Source: Klebsormidium nitens (lineage: Eukaryota > Plantae > Klebsormidiophyceae). From it: a stretch of DNA of 64,000 bases. How positions within the stretch are numbered: position 1 is the first letter of the stretch; every line of letters begins with the position of its first letter. A program made the translations under genes and the position numbers. The stretch is from assembly GCA_000708835.1 (NCBI GenBank), contig DF237430.1, positions 6,669-70,668 of the forward strand, read 5' to 3'. Below, one piece after another: positions 25,506 to 38,712 of this stretch. The notes under the pieces were generated by a model, which was not told where the DNA came from, did no database searches, and saw only the letters and a list, made by a program, of their open reading frames with translations.

Positions 25506-28500
25506 TCACGTGAAGCCGCTGGCATCCCACAACTTTTGCAACGACTCCCGCTCCTCCTCTCTTGTCTCCCACTCCTCCTCGTACTTGGCCAGCTTCGCTT
25601 GGCTCGCAACCTTCTTTCTCTGCTCCGCCATCGCTTTCTGCACGTCAGCTCCGGCCGCCAACATCCTCTCATCACACTGCGCGCATACCTTCTCTTCCTG
25701 CTGAATGGAGTCCTCTAGTTTGGCAATGCGCCGTTTCACCTCCTTCAACTTCTTGCTCAACCCGTTCCGGTCCAGTTCCGGTCCCACGACCCCTTTTTGA
25801 CCCGGCTTCTCCCTTACGTCCTCCCGCCCCGTGATTCCTTCCGCCGGATCGCCAAACTCAACCTCCCCCAGTAGCGTATGCCGCATCTCGAAGCCCCCTC
25901 CCGGCAGCACGCGCGCCACATGCGTCGGCTCCAGCGCGGAGCAAAACTCGCGGTCGTGGGAGATAACCAGGATCGCGCCCCCCCACTTTTTCAGCGCGGC
26001 CGTCAACGCTTCAATGGTCGCCTTGTCCAGGTGATTGGACGGCTCGTCTAGCATCATGACATTGCACGGCCGCAGCACAAACGTGGCCAGCGCCACCCGC
26101 GCCTTCTCCCCCCCCGAGAGCGCAGAGATCGGCCGCAGGGCCTTGTCGCCCGACAGACCCAGAGCTCCGAGCATGGACCGGCCGCGCTCGAGGGTCAGGT
26201 GTGTACCGTCCTCCGAAGCAACCTGGCAGGGGGGGCAGATTAGAGCTGTCACTCAGAGGCTGACATCCGGTACGGTTTCGAAGCTGCTCTAGCAGACATG
26301 AGACAGGGTTGCTGCATCCGAGAGATTGTCAAGCATCCCCAGGGACTTGCTGTCAAATCAAACGCGCTTTGGACGGCGCAGAGACTCCATTCGAAGGCCT
26401 CCTCAAGAATCAGCAACATCTCTCAATCGTCCTCGAACCAGTCATCTCAGCAGCTTAAGGAGCTCAAAAGCGAGGTGCGGTCAAAAGAAAAAGGCCTTGT
26501 GTGGTCGGAGGCAACGAACGAAGCGTAAGAACTTACGTCCATGAGGTAGTCCAAGCCCGACTTGTCCTGCGGCAGGTACTGCGCAAGATCCTGTGTGAAT
26601 ACGCCCAGCTTGGCGTCCCGCCCCAGGATGCGCTGGCCGCCCTGCAGCGGGTGGCGCCCCGCCAGGCTGTGCAGCAGCGTCGACTTGCCCGCGCCGTTGG
26701 GACCCAGCAGCACCTGAGCACAGCAAGGCCACGTGGCAGGCTCAGACACCGCAGGGTTGCTGATGCAAAGATGCTTTTCTCGACGGTATGACTCAAAGAC
26801 CCAGGAGCTAGAAAAGCGCCGGGTGGAAAGAAGAGGCGCCGGAGGGCAAAGGGGCGAGACGAAGCGGGGATGTCGGACAAAAACGACGAACATGCTTCTG
26901 GCGATGCCGTCCGATCAGGCAGTGAGATTACTAGAACGACCCTACAAGGATAAACGGAGAGCGGACCGGCCACACCCGCGCCATGAGCACTGCGTGCCTC
27001 ACAGGAAGCGCGAACAACTGCCGGTGTTACCATAAATTATTCGACACAAAATCGGGGCCCGCTCACCACTCTCTGTCCCCGCTCAATGCAGAACTGCACG
27101 TCCCGGATGAGGGGCGCCTCCTTTGTCCAGCCCACCACCCCGTCCTTCAGCTTGAGAACCTCCACGGCCGACGGCAGGGGCGCAGGCAAGTTGATTGCTA
27201 CCTGTCACGGCATGGAGACTGTCAGGGCGTGTGACGCACGACGGCCCTGGCTCGAAGAAGGGCTACTTGCAGCAAAGAAGCAATCAAGAAGGACAGGGGA
27301 ACACGGGCAGACTGGACGTGTACCTCTTGCGCCGCACAAACATACCAGCGACATAAACAAGAGCTAGAAGACTGGAAGTGCGGGCAAATAGGCAGCGGCC
27401 GTTCAGCTTAGTCCTGAGTTAGTTCAAGGAGGATGCCGTTTCCGTCTTCTTGAAGCAGGTAACATACTCACTCGCGCCTTGGGTTTGTCTGTGACGGGGG
27501 CCTCCAGCTTGTCAATGCGTGCAATCGCTTTGAGGCGCGACTGTGCCGCGGACGCCTTGGTGGCCTTGGCCCCCAGCTTGTTCACGAACTCCTGCATGTG
27601 CGCAATCTCCGCCTGCTGCTTCTCGTACGCGCGCACAGCCTGCAGCGTTCAACAGGGGTCGCACCAGTCAGTGAAGGCACAATTTCGGAACATGCCAAAG
27701 GAAACGTGCCCACCTCGCTCCCAACAACACGTTGACGACAGCGAAAACCCAGTCAGGATGTTTCGGCCTCCAAGTGACTGACAAAAGCAGGTTAAAGCCG
27801 CTGTGAAAGACAAGGCAACGAAGAAAAAGTGGCCCACCTGGTCGAGGCGCGCGGCACGTTCCGTCAGGAACTTTTGGTAGCCGCAGTTATAGACCTCGAG
27901 CGTGCCGCGCGCAACCTCGGCAATCCGATCGACGCCCATGCTGGTCAGCAGATTCTCGTCGTGCGTCACCAGCATGCACGCACTGTCTGACGCCTTCAGA
28001 TGGCCCGCCAGCCACTGCCGGGCCGCCACGTCCAGGTGGTTGGTCGGCTCGTCCAGCACCAACTGCAGCGCACAAAAGTTCAATGATGCTCCGGCCGGTT
28101 CCGCTACCTCCCGCAAGATGTCGCTTCCGACGAGTGCTTAACGGTGTCTATCGACTGTCCCAGGCTGGATGTTATTCAAACACTTTTCAATTTAAGGGGT
28201 CCACTGGTGATGAAAGCCTCGCAAGGAAATATGGTCAGTGGTGCTTGAGAACGTTGGGGACAGTACCATACTAGCTGGTTGCAAGAGGAGTGACGTAACT
28301 CTGCACTTGCAAGAAGGAAACAAGACGAGCTTGATGATGCTCCTGCTAGTGTCGGCGCATCCAAAACCTAGACGGAAGCATGAGAAGTTAAAGTAGTGCA
28401 AGTAACAATCGACATCTTCTTTCAAATCCAGTTCGCACAATCACATCAAAAACGCCCAACGTACCAGTGTGTCCTTCTTGCCCCCCTGCGAGGCAGACTG

Positions 28501-30563
28501 CGTGCTCAGCAGCAAACGCGCCAGCGCAATGCGCATCTGCCAACCGCCAGAGAACTCACTGCACTTCTTCCCCCAGTCAGACTTGGCAAAGCCTAGCCCG
28601 TCCAGGACGCTGCAATAGGCACGCCACAATATTGTAAGGGCAGGACAGTTTGAGCAGGACGCAACGGGACTCATCAGAGCAACGACTCCTTTCTGTGATA
28701 CTTAGTCGCCAACGTCTGAGTTGCGGCGAGTGGACCTGACGCATCATCCTTGATCTGTCAAGCAGGGATAAATGGCAGGGCAACTTTGCTTAACTATGCT
28801 GGCCGGTCTTCAGCTCCAGGGGTCGAGATCCGTTCAACAAGCAGCCCTTGATCGATCTCATTTCGGAAAGACAGGTAGGGGCACCGAATCCATGATCTCA
28901 CCTAGCTATCATTTCGTCTTTCCGATACCCGCCCACCGCCTCCAACCTTTCCTGGTGTTCCATCAGTCGCTCTGCTATCGCCTCCACCTGTCTGTCTGCT
29001 AGGCCTTTCTCCTCCGCCTCCATTAGCTCCTCCTCTGCCGCTGTGACCGCTGCCCAGGCTTGGTTGATGTCATCCATTCGCGAGGCAGCCTCGTCCCAGA
29101 CAGAGCGGTCAGAGCCGCTAACCGCAGTTTGCTCCAGATAACCCACGTGCACTCCGCGAGACACCACTATCCGCCCACCCTCTGGGGCGAGCTTGCCGAC
29201 ACAGGCCCGAATCAATGTTGACTTGCCAGCCCCGTTTGGCCCAACAACTGCAATCTTTTGCTTTGGAACAAGACGCAGGTTGGCATCTGGAAGAGTGCAA
29301 ACCATTGGGTAAGTGGGCACCTGAGCAGTCTAAGAAGAGGCTGCTGTGAGTGGCCTTAAACCATAAGCAGATGAATCCTTCAAAAATCACTTCCCAGCCA
29401 CCGCCATCTGATTAGAAGACTCTGTGCCTGTTATCCTCTGAGAAGCTATTGCTGCCAGAGTAGTGGGGGGCACAAAACAATGCAAGGGGGAAATACTTCA
29501 CAAAGTAAGTGTTGGGTCACGACTAAACCTACCTTTCAACAGGTCATTTCCGCCCACACTGATGATTGCGTCTTCCACCACAAGGACCTGTACAATAACG
29601 CGCGAAGTCAATGACTGCAGAAACGCTGCAGAAAGAGAGAAGTGCCAAGCAAGCCGGCCGGTCTAGCGGACCATATGGGCGTAACAGGTTGTAAATGCCT
29701 CTGCGACTCCTTTCAATACTGCACTCCAAGAAGATCAGCATCCCCCTCCGATATAGAAATGCCCCAATCGACATCTCCAGCAGCAACACAAGTGGATCCC
29801 AAGCAGTGAAGGCTTCACATCATATCACATCAAAGAAACCCTTGTCAGGAAATGACAGCATTGCAAGCTGCTTGTAAGGTTGCCCCTTCTCAGGAGGGGC
29901 CAGTCGCAGCGCACACCCAGCCAGTCAACCAAAAGTCTGGGCAGCCCCGACAAGAATCTTATCAGGCTCAGCACCCAGGACAGACCCAGGGCTTACTCAG
30001 CATCCAATGGTTTAGGGTTCCCCTTAGGGTTCTGACTCAGAGGTAAGGGCGTAACCCGCCCAAGCACATAATCAGCTCACCGCTCCTGCAGTTTCTCCCC
30101 GTGGCGGTCGAATCTCATCCGTTTGCAACAGGCTTTCGCTGTCAGTCGGACCGGCAGCATTGTTCGGCAAGCTTTCACTGCCACTCGAGCTGGCGACGTC
30201 TGAAGCACTTGGGCGGGCTGTATCTGTCGATTGTGCCACTCTGCTTTGCGTATAGTCTGCCAACTCCTTCTCTAGGGGTCGGTCTGGCGTGCTGGCAAGT
30301 GGTGGTACATCTAAAACAGCGCGCGTACAAGGCCTGGGGAAGCTTGCTTTACTTTTGGCTTGGACATGGTCCAAAAACCCCGTGAAATGGTGAGAGGATC
30401 GAAGCAAGGACCCCAAACCATCACTTCTTGAGCAATGCCGTGGTAAGGCTCTCAGATCTTGACACGGCGCTCCATGATCGCAGCGGGGTGCTTGCAACTG
30501 CAGCGTTCCTGCTGGGCACGGTCCTTGGAGATCAAACGTCGCAGCCCTGAGGCCCGGGGCCAT
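25506..30563 (-). CDS. ABC-F family ATPase (soluble, ribosome-associated; Uup/YheS-like) with probable organellar transit peptide; multi-exon
   Basis: Two NBDs and no TM segments. NBD1: [38 protein letters not shown] helical linker follows. NBD2: [37 protein letters not shown]-terminal coiled coil; long Ser/Ala/Pro-rich first exon (30078-30563). Confidence 0.92.
30011..30031 (-). promoter_or_regulatory. Two telo-box-like motifs in the first intron of ABC-F
   Basis: TTTAGGGTT and CTTAGGGTT (AACCCTAA on the gene strand). Telo-boxes are established cis-elements of plant translation-machinery genes. Confidence 0.3.
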
Positions 30564-31137
30564 GATGAGACCTCAGAGACAAAGTTTCGATAAGCACTGT
30601 TTCCGCAGCCTTCACCCTGAAGAAATCCGAAGGCGCTGCCAGTGCGAGATGGCCCAACAACTTTCTAAATCTGGAGTCTGGACGGGTACCCTGCAGAACA
30701 CTCATGAGTCATGAGTCATGGCGAATTTTCTGTTTGTAATACAGCAGCTTTTTGAGCGCAACCAATATTACTGGCCTACCTATGTTGGATGCTCGGACCG
30801 AATATCAGATTTACACCTGGCATGCACAGATGTAACAGTATAACACTTATCCCTGGCATGCACGAAGCGGTCTAGAGAAAAGCTAGCGAGAATGGAAGTA
30901 TAAGCAGTCTATCACGGCATATACGCTCTACTTTGGCGTTCATAAGGGGCTTGAGTTTCGTGCAATGCCTTCGCTCCAGGTTCCTTCCTTGCACTACCCC
31001 ATGCCAATGCCATGACACTCTTCAAAATCTGCTCCAACTTCCTCCTTGAGCTGCTGCAGCCATCACGTTAGGCTTTGGCAAGTCGAGGTAAAGTTCGGGG
31101 TGCAACGCAGTGAATCCATTGCACTTTTCCTTCCGAC
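30564..31137. promoter_or_regulatory. Bidirectional promoter region between ABC-F and the FAD oxidoreductase
   Basis: Divergent ATGs about 575 bp apart. Contains site II-like GGCCCA (30651-30656) and tandem TGAGTCA motifs in CTCATGAGTCATGAGTCATG (30701-30720). Confidence 0.5.
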
Positions 31138-34100
31138 ATGGCGATTGCGCAGCTGCAGCAAGCGCCATGTGCCAGAGGCCAACTAGTTGCTCGTCATCAA
31201 ACCGACCATCAAACTGCATTGAAGTCTGGGCCCAGGCAGTGCCACAGTGGTCAGCCACATTGCCACCAGAATCTGGGTGGACAGCAACAACGGGGCCCCT
31301 GCTCTGCAAGAAAAGCTTTGAGACACACGCACCTTAGTTCAGTCCAGTTTGCAGCTGAGCATCTTAACCCACAATCAGGGTTTCCTTCTTGGCGCCACTG
31401 CAGGCACGTGTGTGCTGCATTCAAGTGGCCATGGGAGCAGAAAGATGGGAATGCAGCTTCTCAAGAGGTTGATGCTGTAGAAGCTAGAGAGCAAGAGAAT
31501 AGAAGGAATGGGGTGCCAGCGGAGGAGACGGATGTGGTGGTGGTCGGGGCAGGTCTGGCAGGGCTAGCATGTGCGAGGACTCTGCATGCTGCTGGCATTC
31601 CATTCCGGTTACTTGAGGTTAGTCCACCCTCCTGCCTAGATGTTTTCTGTGTTCGTATCCTAGTTGGCGATGCTGCAATTTTAGCTACCCGTCCATGCTG
31701 AGGCAATGAAAAGTTTTGCGGAAGCCTTTGCCCTGCTTTTATGCAATCCTGAATATGATTGCAGGCATCTGATGGCGTCGGTGGACGGGTGCGGACAGAC
31801 GTGACAGATGACGGCTTTCTCTTAGACCGAGGCTTTCAGATCTTCCTATCAGCTTACCCAGGCAAGTGCCACTCATTAAAGCCGCTGACGGCGGGTCAAG
31901 AAAAGTTCTGAGATGCCGACGGGCCAGTTGATAAAGAAGCAAGTTCACTACGATGGGCTGATTGATTGAACTGGGACACCCATCTTGAATTGGTTGAATC
32001 TTTGAGGAAACTTGCAGCCCCTTGGCATTGCAGAGAAGTGTCCGGCCGCTCTTGCACAACTATTGCTCATCCTTTATGTGCAGAGTGCAAGAAAGTGCTT
32101 GATTACGAGGCGCTCGATTTGAGGACCTTTTACTCTGGGGCCTTTGTGCGGTTTCGTGGCCAGTTCCACAGAGTAGCGGTGAGTTCTCGCTCGCAGCCAT
32201 ACTTGAGCCCCCAAAAAATCTGCTTTTTCTCAGGGTTATGAATGCTTACTCTCGTTCTTCATAATGAGGCTACATTACAACGCCCGCTGACACTTGTCTT
32301 TGGTACAGGATCCTTTCCGGCACCCCCTCGATGGTGTGGCTTCCCTCAGCCCCACTCACCCCATCGGCAACGTTCTTGACAAGTTACGGGTTGGACTTGT
32401 AAGTGCAAAACAAATCCTGATTCTTCTCAGTTCTCTTGTCAACGACGTTTTTGGCATCCACCTATAAGAGTACTCCTCCTTTTACTTCACATGAAACAAG
32501 GACAGACCACAGACAGGCTCTGATTCACCATACAGAAAGAGTTGCCTTTTGAAGGGCATACGTCATAAACTGGTACAGGAATGGCAATCAAAGGCGAAGC
32601 ATACCATTCTGACGGCCCGTCTACCTGGCTATGACCGTTTCGGTTTGACGGGCCAAGCTTGTAGGAAATTCGAGAGGATTTTAGCTAGAGCTTGCTGTGC
32701 CTCTTGTGCAGCTCCGACTCAAGGTGCTCATCAAGAGCGATGCTGACCTTTTGTCAGCACCGGAGACCTCCATTGTTGACAAGCTCAGGCGGGAAGGTTT
32801 CTCATCAGCAATGGTGAGCCCGCTGCCATGGAGCTTTGTCATACTTGTCTTGGAGTACTCAAGTCTTTGCGAGGATGCATCATAGTCCTTGTCCGCAATC
32901 CTGGTCCGCTCCTGGCCGGTCATCATACAGACAAGGCTCTTTCATGTGCAAGTCCTGTCACACACCTGACCACTTTACGAGGGTATAGGTTGCTGGTCGG
33001 GAGACCCACCGTGCAGCTTCTCTTGATCCAGACTGTCTTCCGTGCAGATTGACCGCTTCTTCCGGCCATTCTTGGGGGGTATATTCTTTGACAGGGACCT
33101 CACTACAACATCCAGGTTGGTGGCAGCTGCTCCAGTTTCGTGATGTCGTGCCACAGCCTTATTGAGCTACTAACAGAGCATAAGTGCCTCCAGTCCTGCA
33201 GACTAAGGAGTTATTTCTGTACTCCACTTTCCTTTTAAGAAACGGTCCGGTCTGTCCATGCCCTTAGCGACTGAGCGACTTTGGGCATGTTTGCTAAAAG
33301 TCAGAAGCACGATTTGAGGTTCTTAGTACTACTGAATATAGTATGCTTATCGTGGCAGGGTCAACCAGGTTTTCTACATCCACATTTGGTGTCTGTTGCT
33401 TTGCTTTGCAACAGGTAACCTTCTGTTCCAATTCGATCTTGTTCCAAGCTATGATACCACCATTCTACTTTATTTTTCTGACTTCAAGTTCGTTCATATC
33501 GTCTTTGCCTCTTGGTTCTCGTTTTTTGAGAAAGCGAACGAGATACGATGGTGAGGAGGGTCTGGAAAGCATCTTTCCCGGGGTTCTGCACGATGACGCC
33601 CTCCCCGACTTTCCACTGCTCCTTCCTTTTGGGCCCACTCTCTTGATAGGTCTAGAGTCCAATGAGGAGGGGACGATAGGCTGTCCGTTGCTCCCTCGCT
33701 TTCATCTTCGTTGTCAAAGTCCTGCTAGCCGACGCCTGCCTTCTTGTGCAGGCTCCTCGACTTCGTGATCAAGGTGTTGGCGCTTGGGGACAACACGCTC
33801 CCCGTCCAGGGCATTGCCGCCATCCCCGAGCAGGTGCAGCCCCGCCAGCCAACCTTCAACGCGTCTGCTGGCACTCGCTTGCCTCTGCTGACCTTTTTCG
33901 CGGTTGTATGCAGCACTGATGGATCACTATCACCACCGACTAATCTTGCGAATCCACTCTGTCGACGACTCTGCTCGATTTGTGGCTCGAACTTTGTGAG
34001 ATGGGGTCGGCCGCTCTTGCGGGAAGACGGTAATTTGCAGCTTTGAGAAGCGTTCATGCGCGAGAGTGACGACATGTAGGGTCTTTCTTGTCGAAGAAGA

Positions 34101-36151
34101 GCAACTACAAGGAGTCCTTGATGCGGATCTTACGGATTTCACCATGCACATGTTTGACGTTGTGTTTCCGTGACCTTAAGCAGTCCATGCATTTCTCGCT
34201 GCAGCTCGCTTCCGGGCTTCCGTCGGAGTCTGTTGTGCTAAACGCCCCCGTCAGCAGTGTGGTTCCCGCCAGGGCTGGCGCACCTGCAACGGTGCGGGTC
34301 GCTGGCGGCCGCAGCTATGCGGCCAGAAGGGGAGTGGTCGTTGCGGTACGGATGTGCTTCTATCGCAACTAGCAAGGATTGCCTGTTGCCAGGGCGCTTG
34401 TTTGCTGATGCGACTGGGGCCGGAACTTGGGACTTCACCGATACAATGCTTATATGCGGGCTGCGTTGATTCCTTTACGAGTGGCCGTCCAGTGTTTTAG
34501 GCGAGGTCGCAGGAGTGACGGGTCCAGCGGTTCGTATACTCTTAGTTTAGCCGCACTCGGTCTGGCGGAGGGCCGATGTCGCCGCTCCGTGTCTGACCCT
34601 TGTGCTGGCGGCCGCAGGTGGACGGGCCCCAGGCCCAACGACTCTTGGGCGGAGGCCTCTCCAGCACTCCCTCCGATGCCCGAGACGCACGGGGGACCGT
34701 GTGCCTCTACTACGCCGCCGTAGGACATCGACCTCCTACCGTTTGTGTGCTGTCTTTTGGTGCATTTAGAGGAAGCCGTTTTTACATTGAGATGCCTAGG
34801 CACGCAATCTGCACTCGATTTTGGTCTTGCTGTGGTTCGAAGCCTTGGTTACAGGGACGAGCCCTTGAACGGCATTTCTTTGTGCAGCCGTCCGCTCCGA
34901 TCGAGGACCCCGTGCTGCTGCTCAACGGCGATGGAGTCGGCCTCATCAACAACATGTGCTTCCCCAGCAGGTGGGGCCCGCGCTCGCGACAGTCTGGCGT
35001 CCAACTGTCTTTCGCAAACAAGCGTGGTTTCCGAGGAAAGTGCATTCGCGGCGTCTTGGAACAGGAATCGTCCACGTACTTCTCTCGAAGCGCCCATCTT
35101 TGTTTTTGGGAGCCTCATCGTTCATGGTTGTCGCAACGACGACCGCTTACCCTTGACTTAAGGAAATAATGTCAGAACCTTAGCCTCCTCTTTTAAAGCC
35201 ATATTGGGAGGACGCAAGTAATGGACTAGGCGTGCTGACCCCCCCTGTTCCGCTGCAGTGTATCCCCGTCTTACGCCCCCCCTGGCAAAGCCCTGGTGTC
35301 CATCTCGCTGGTGGGCGCATACCCAGACCGCTCCGATGCGGACCTGCAGACCGCGGTCGAGGCGGAGCTGAGGGACTGGTTCGGGAAAGAGACCGCCACG
35401 TGGCGACACCTCAAAACTTACCGCATCCCCTTCGCACAGGTCAGCATGATTATCTACTCTCGCTGCTAGGAGCTTCTCCGCTCGTTGAGTGCATGTACGA
35501 TGACTGCTTTGCCATCACAAGGACAATCTGGGGTTCTAAAGCAGGGACCGACTCTCTGGCCGCTTGGAGGCACCGCACGCTTGTGAGGAGCAGGAGTCCT
35601 TCGTAGAAAGTCTTTCGATGAGATGGATTGTTCGTGAATGCCGTCAGCCGTAATCACAAGTGCAAAGCTGAACAAGCCCTGAGCGTTGCCTTTACTGTCC
35701 CATGGTGCAGCCCAATCAACGGCCGCCCAGCGATCCCCTGCGGGAGGTGCGGCTGGGTGCCGACCTCTACGTCTGCGGGGACCATCGGGACACGGCAACG
35801 GTGAGAGCACGGAGTAGACTTGCGGCGAACTTGTTAGCGAAGAGTCCAGTCGGGCGATGCATCTTGAATCTTTGGACCGGAATTGGAAAAGCTTGTCATT
35901 GTTCATGTTCTCATAAGCCCGTACCCATTAAAAGGCATGGGGCTGCATCGCCTGGAGGAGATCATCGTTGTCAACATCATCCCAAGAGGAGATGCGATTT
36001 GGGCTTTACATCGCGTGGGTTGTGTTTTCATGTGCAGTTCGATGGTGCCTTCGTATCCGGGCGTCGAGCAGCGGAAGCCTTGATGGCCGACTCCCAAGAG
36101 AAGCAAGGAGCTTCCACGAAAGCGGAAGCTAAAGTGGTAGTGCAGGTCTGA
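31138..36151 (+). CDS. FAD-dependent oxidoreductase (flavin amine oxidase / phytoene-desaturase superfamily), probable plastid protein; multi-exon
   Basis: Rossmann motif DVVVVGAGLAGLACA...LLE|ASDGVGGRVRTD, GFLLDRGFQIFLSAYPE, IDRFFRPFLGGIFFD, YRIPFAQP and C-terminal LYVCGDHRDTAT|FDGAFVSGRRAAEAL. About 125-aa N-terminal extension resembling a transit peptide. Confidence 0.9.
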
Positions 36152-36929
36152 CAATGACGCGAGGCCATTATGCTAAGCTAAGTGTGGAGTCGAATGGGGT
36201 GCTCAGGCCGCTGGTTTTGTTCTGAGTTGCTGGCGCACTGTTGGACACGGCACTTGATGTATGCCCTAGACTCAGCTCAATTATTGGACGTTGGTTACTA
36301 ACTAAGACGATTTGTTACACCATGTGTTACTGTTGTTGAAGTAGCTTGCAACCCGCTCCTAACGCAGCTCGGTTGCTTGCTGGAGGAAGAAGTTGGGGAG
36401 TTTGGCCAAGATTCGTATCGCAGTTTCTTGGAAAGAATCCAATGACATTCCCAGGTTTGTTTTGCGCATGGGTCACAATCGTAGAACGTGGGATCGAGGG
36501 CGAATCGGCACTCCACTGATTTGTCACGCAGGGACAATTGTGTAACTAATGATTAAACTACCGGCCACTATAACACTGATTACACTCGAGCTAATTTTGG
36601 CCCCTTAGTCCATATTCTACCGCGCTGTTTCGATTCCGGAGTCCAACTCTACGAGAGTGAGGCCACTTGATTGACGGTGTCCTAAGTGTGGGGTAATGAT
36701 TGAGTATACGAAGAAGGGGTGTGGGGGGCCCAGCCGGAATTATGATGAAGAGGAAAATATATACGTTGTTTAGGGATAAATATGTTGGATGAGGATGACA
36801 TAGAACAAAGAGAGAGCTTTCACCTATCCTATGTATATAAGCGATATCATGATCGAGCTGAGGATTTTGAGGATTTGACGCCCATGCATCAATACTCGCT
36901 TGTGCAGTGGAGTAGGGGAGGAGCGGGTC

Positions 36930-37065
36930 AAGGTTGATACCTGTTCGGGGCACGGGCAAATACTTGGGAGCCAAAGGCTACGACATCTCCCAGACCCAGG
37001 TCACCAAGGCCATTGGAAACGACACCGTGCTATACATCCCCAAAGACATCTATATCTTGAACTAG
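36930..37065 (+). pseudogene. Orphan dirigent-like C-terminal exon fragment
   Basis: Reads RLIPVRGTGKYLGAKGYDISQTQVTKAIGNDTVLYIPKDIYILN* with C/G-ending codons like neighbouring genes. Resembles the dirigent motif (RELPIVGGTGKFxxARGY). No start codon or upstream exons found. Confidence 0.45.
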
Positions 37066-38026
37066 TTTGAAGCGCGTGTTGCGCTTGAGCCTTTCTAGTA
37101 ATCATGCACGCTTTGTTTCAATCATAGCTGGGTAGTAGCAGTCTGCTATCAGCCGCACCTGGGGTGATCAGCTGTGCTCTGCACTGGCACTGCATTTGAC
37201 ATCCGTTCCAAACATCTAGCGTAGAGCCATATCGGAGCTTGGGAAAGTCCGCGTGATGATGAGGTACGCAAGAGTTCTCAGAGGCTTGTAGGTTCGTGGA
37301 TTGGTGCGACTCGGAGGCGCCATGTTTAGAATAAACGTCCGAAGGCAGACTTCCTCATCAAGTTGCATGTTTTGTGATCTGATTGATCATACACAAACTT
37401 CTGTGAAGTAGATTGATTCGGTCATGCTTCTGTCTTGTTCTCCCTCATGCACAGAATTGAGTCTCGGCTGCCTATATGATTGTAGCAATTGAGCATGTGC
37501 GTGAGCTTTGAAGGCTGCGCGTGAGCTGTCCCACAGTGTGTATCAACTACATATGTTCAGTAGCTATACGGACGCTTTCTGTTGTGCGACCCTCGCACAT
37601 GCACTAGGTTTGAAGGGGCCGCTGGATACTATGCCGGCCCCGCGACATATATATGTGTGACTCACATTAAGAGGATCTCGCACCATGATCGCGTCAAGTT
37701 AAAGGATCACGTCAACGGCCGAATGTTTATGCATCCACCTGATTGCACGAGCCGCGCACGTATTGTCGACAACACTGCAGTGCAAAGCACCGGATGCATA
37801 TACTTTATCATGCATCTAGTAAGAGCACCTAGAGCGCATGTACTGCCACTGGTGAGGCTAAATCATGATTTAAAGCTGTAGCTCTCGCTATTGATCATGG
37901 CCTATACATGGCTACGGCGAAAATACAAAATACCATCATTCATAAACCATGCCTGTGATGGCGCACGCTGCAATCTAGTAGTTTGTAAACTTCAAGCTTT
38001 AACCAATCGCTTCCGACTCAAGCCGT

Positions 38027-38372
38027 GCTCAAGCCGTTGAATTATAACCTGGCCCGGAGCTTGCCAAACTCAACAATCTGACCCCGGCGCAGTGCGATTC
38101 TTGCGGGCGTTTTCTGAAGGCTCTTGCGGACACCACGGCTCGCACTTCTGTCGAGGCTGCTCCCTCCTCTTGATAGGGCTTACATCTCGATCAGACTTCA
38201 GAGGAGGCCTTGCATGGATACAACAGTGAAGGAAAAAAGGCTATCGCGATGCGCATTTCTCGCACGTGGCGTTCAAAAAGAGACCAAAAAGCGACACCCC
38301 AAGCCTTCAAAGTTTCCGCATCCAATGGATTGAGCTTCTGGCATACTCCGGCCAGGCTATAGCGGCTTGAGC
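38027..38372. mobile_element. MITE-like / foldback remnant C
   Basis: Left GCTCAAGCCGTTGAATTATAACCTGGCCCGGAG versus reverse complement of right end GCTCAAGCCGC-TATAGCCTGGCC-GGAG: imperfect inverted repeat of about 30 bp. No clear target-site duplication. Confidence 0.45.
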
Positions 38373-38712
38373 GACTATCGAACCACCGCCGCGATCTATA
38401 TCTGGGGATCCATCATGGTATGATACTTCTGCAAGGACACTATTAAAAGCTCCACGAAACAACTGTCCCTGTACCAGTAGGAACCATTCTTTGTATCTAG
38501 TACTAAGTTTTAACTGTGCTCAGCAACACGGGCTCTGGTACCCTATGAGTAATTGCTCTCGCTTATAGCGCCGTAAGTGCGTCGTGTCGACAACAAGGAC
38601 TACTATCCACAACTATCTACTACCTAGCGCGAGCATATTTTGTACATTGTTCAGCAGCTTATACACGACAGATCAAGAGAAACAACTCAACCGAACCTGA
38701 GCGCCAGTGCTA

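Noticed and set aside
37582-37990. 99-aa ORF in a CA/TG/TA-rich tract
   Set aside because: Starts at a non-ATG codon and has no recognisable domain; looks like decayed repeat.
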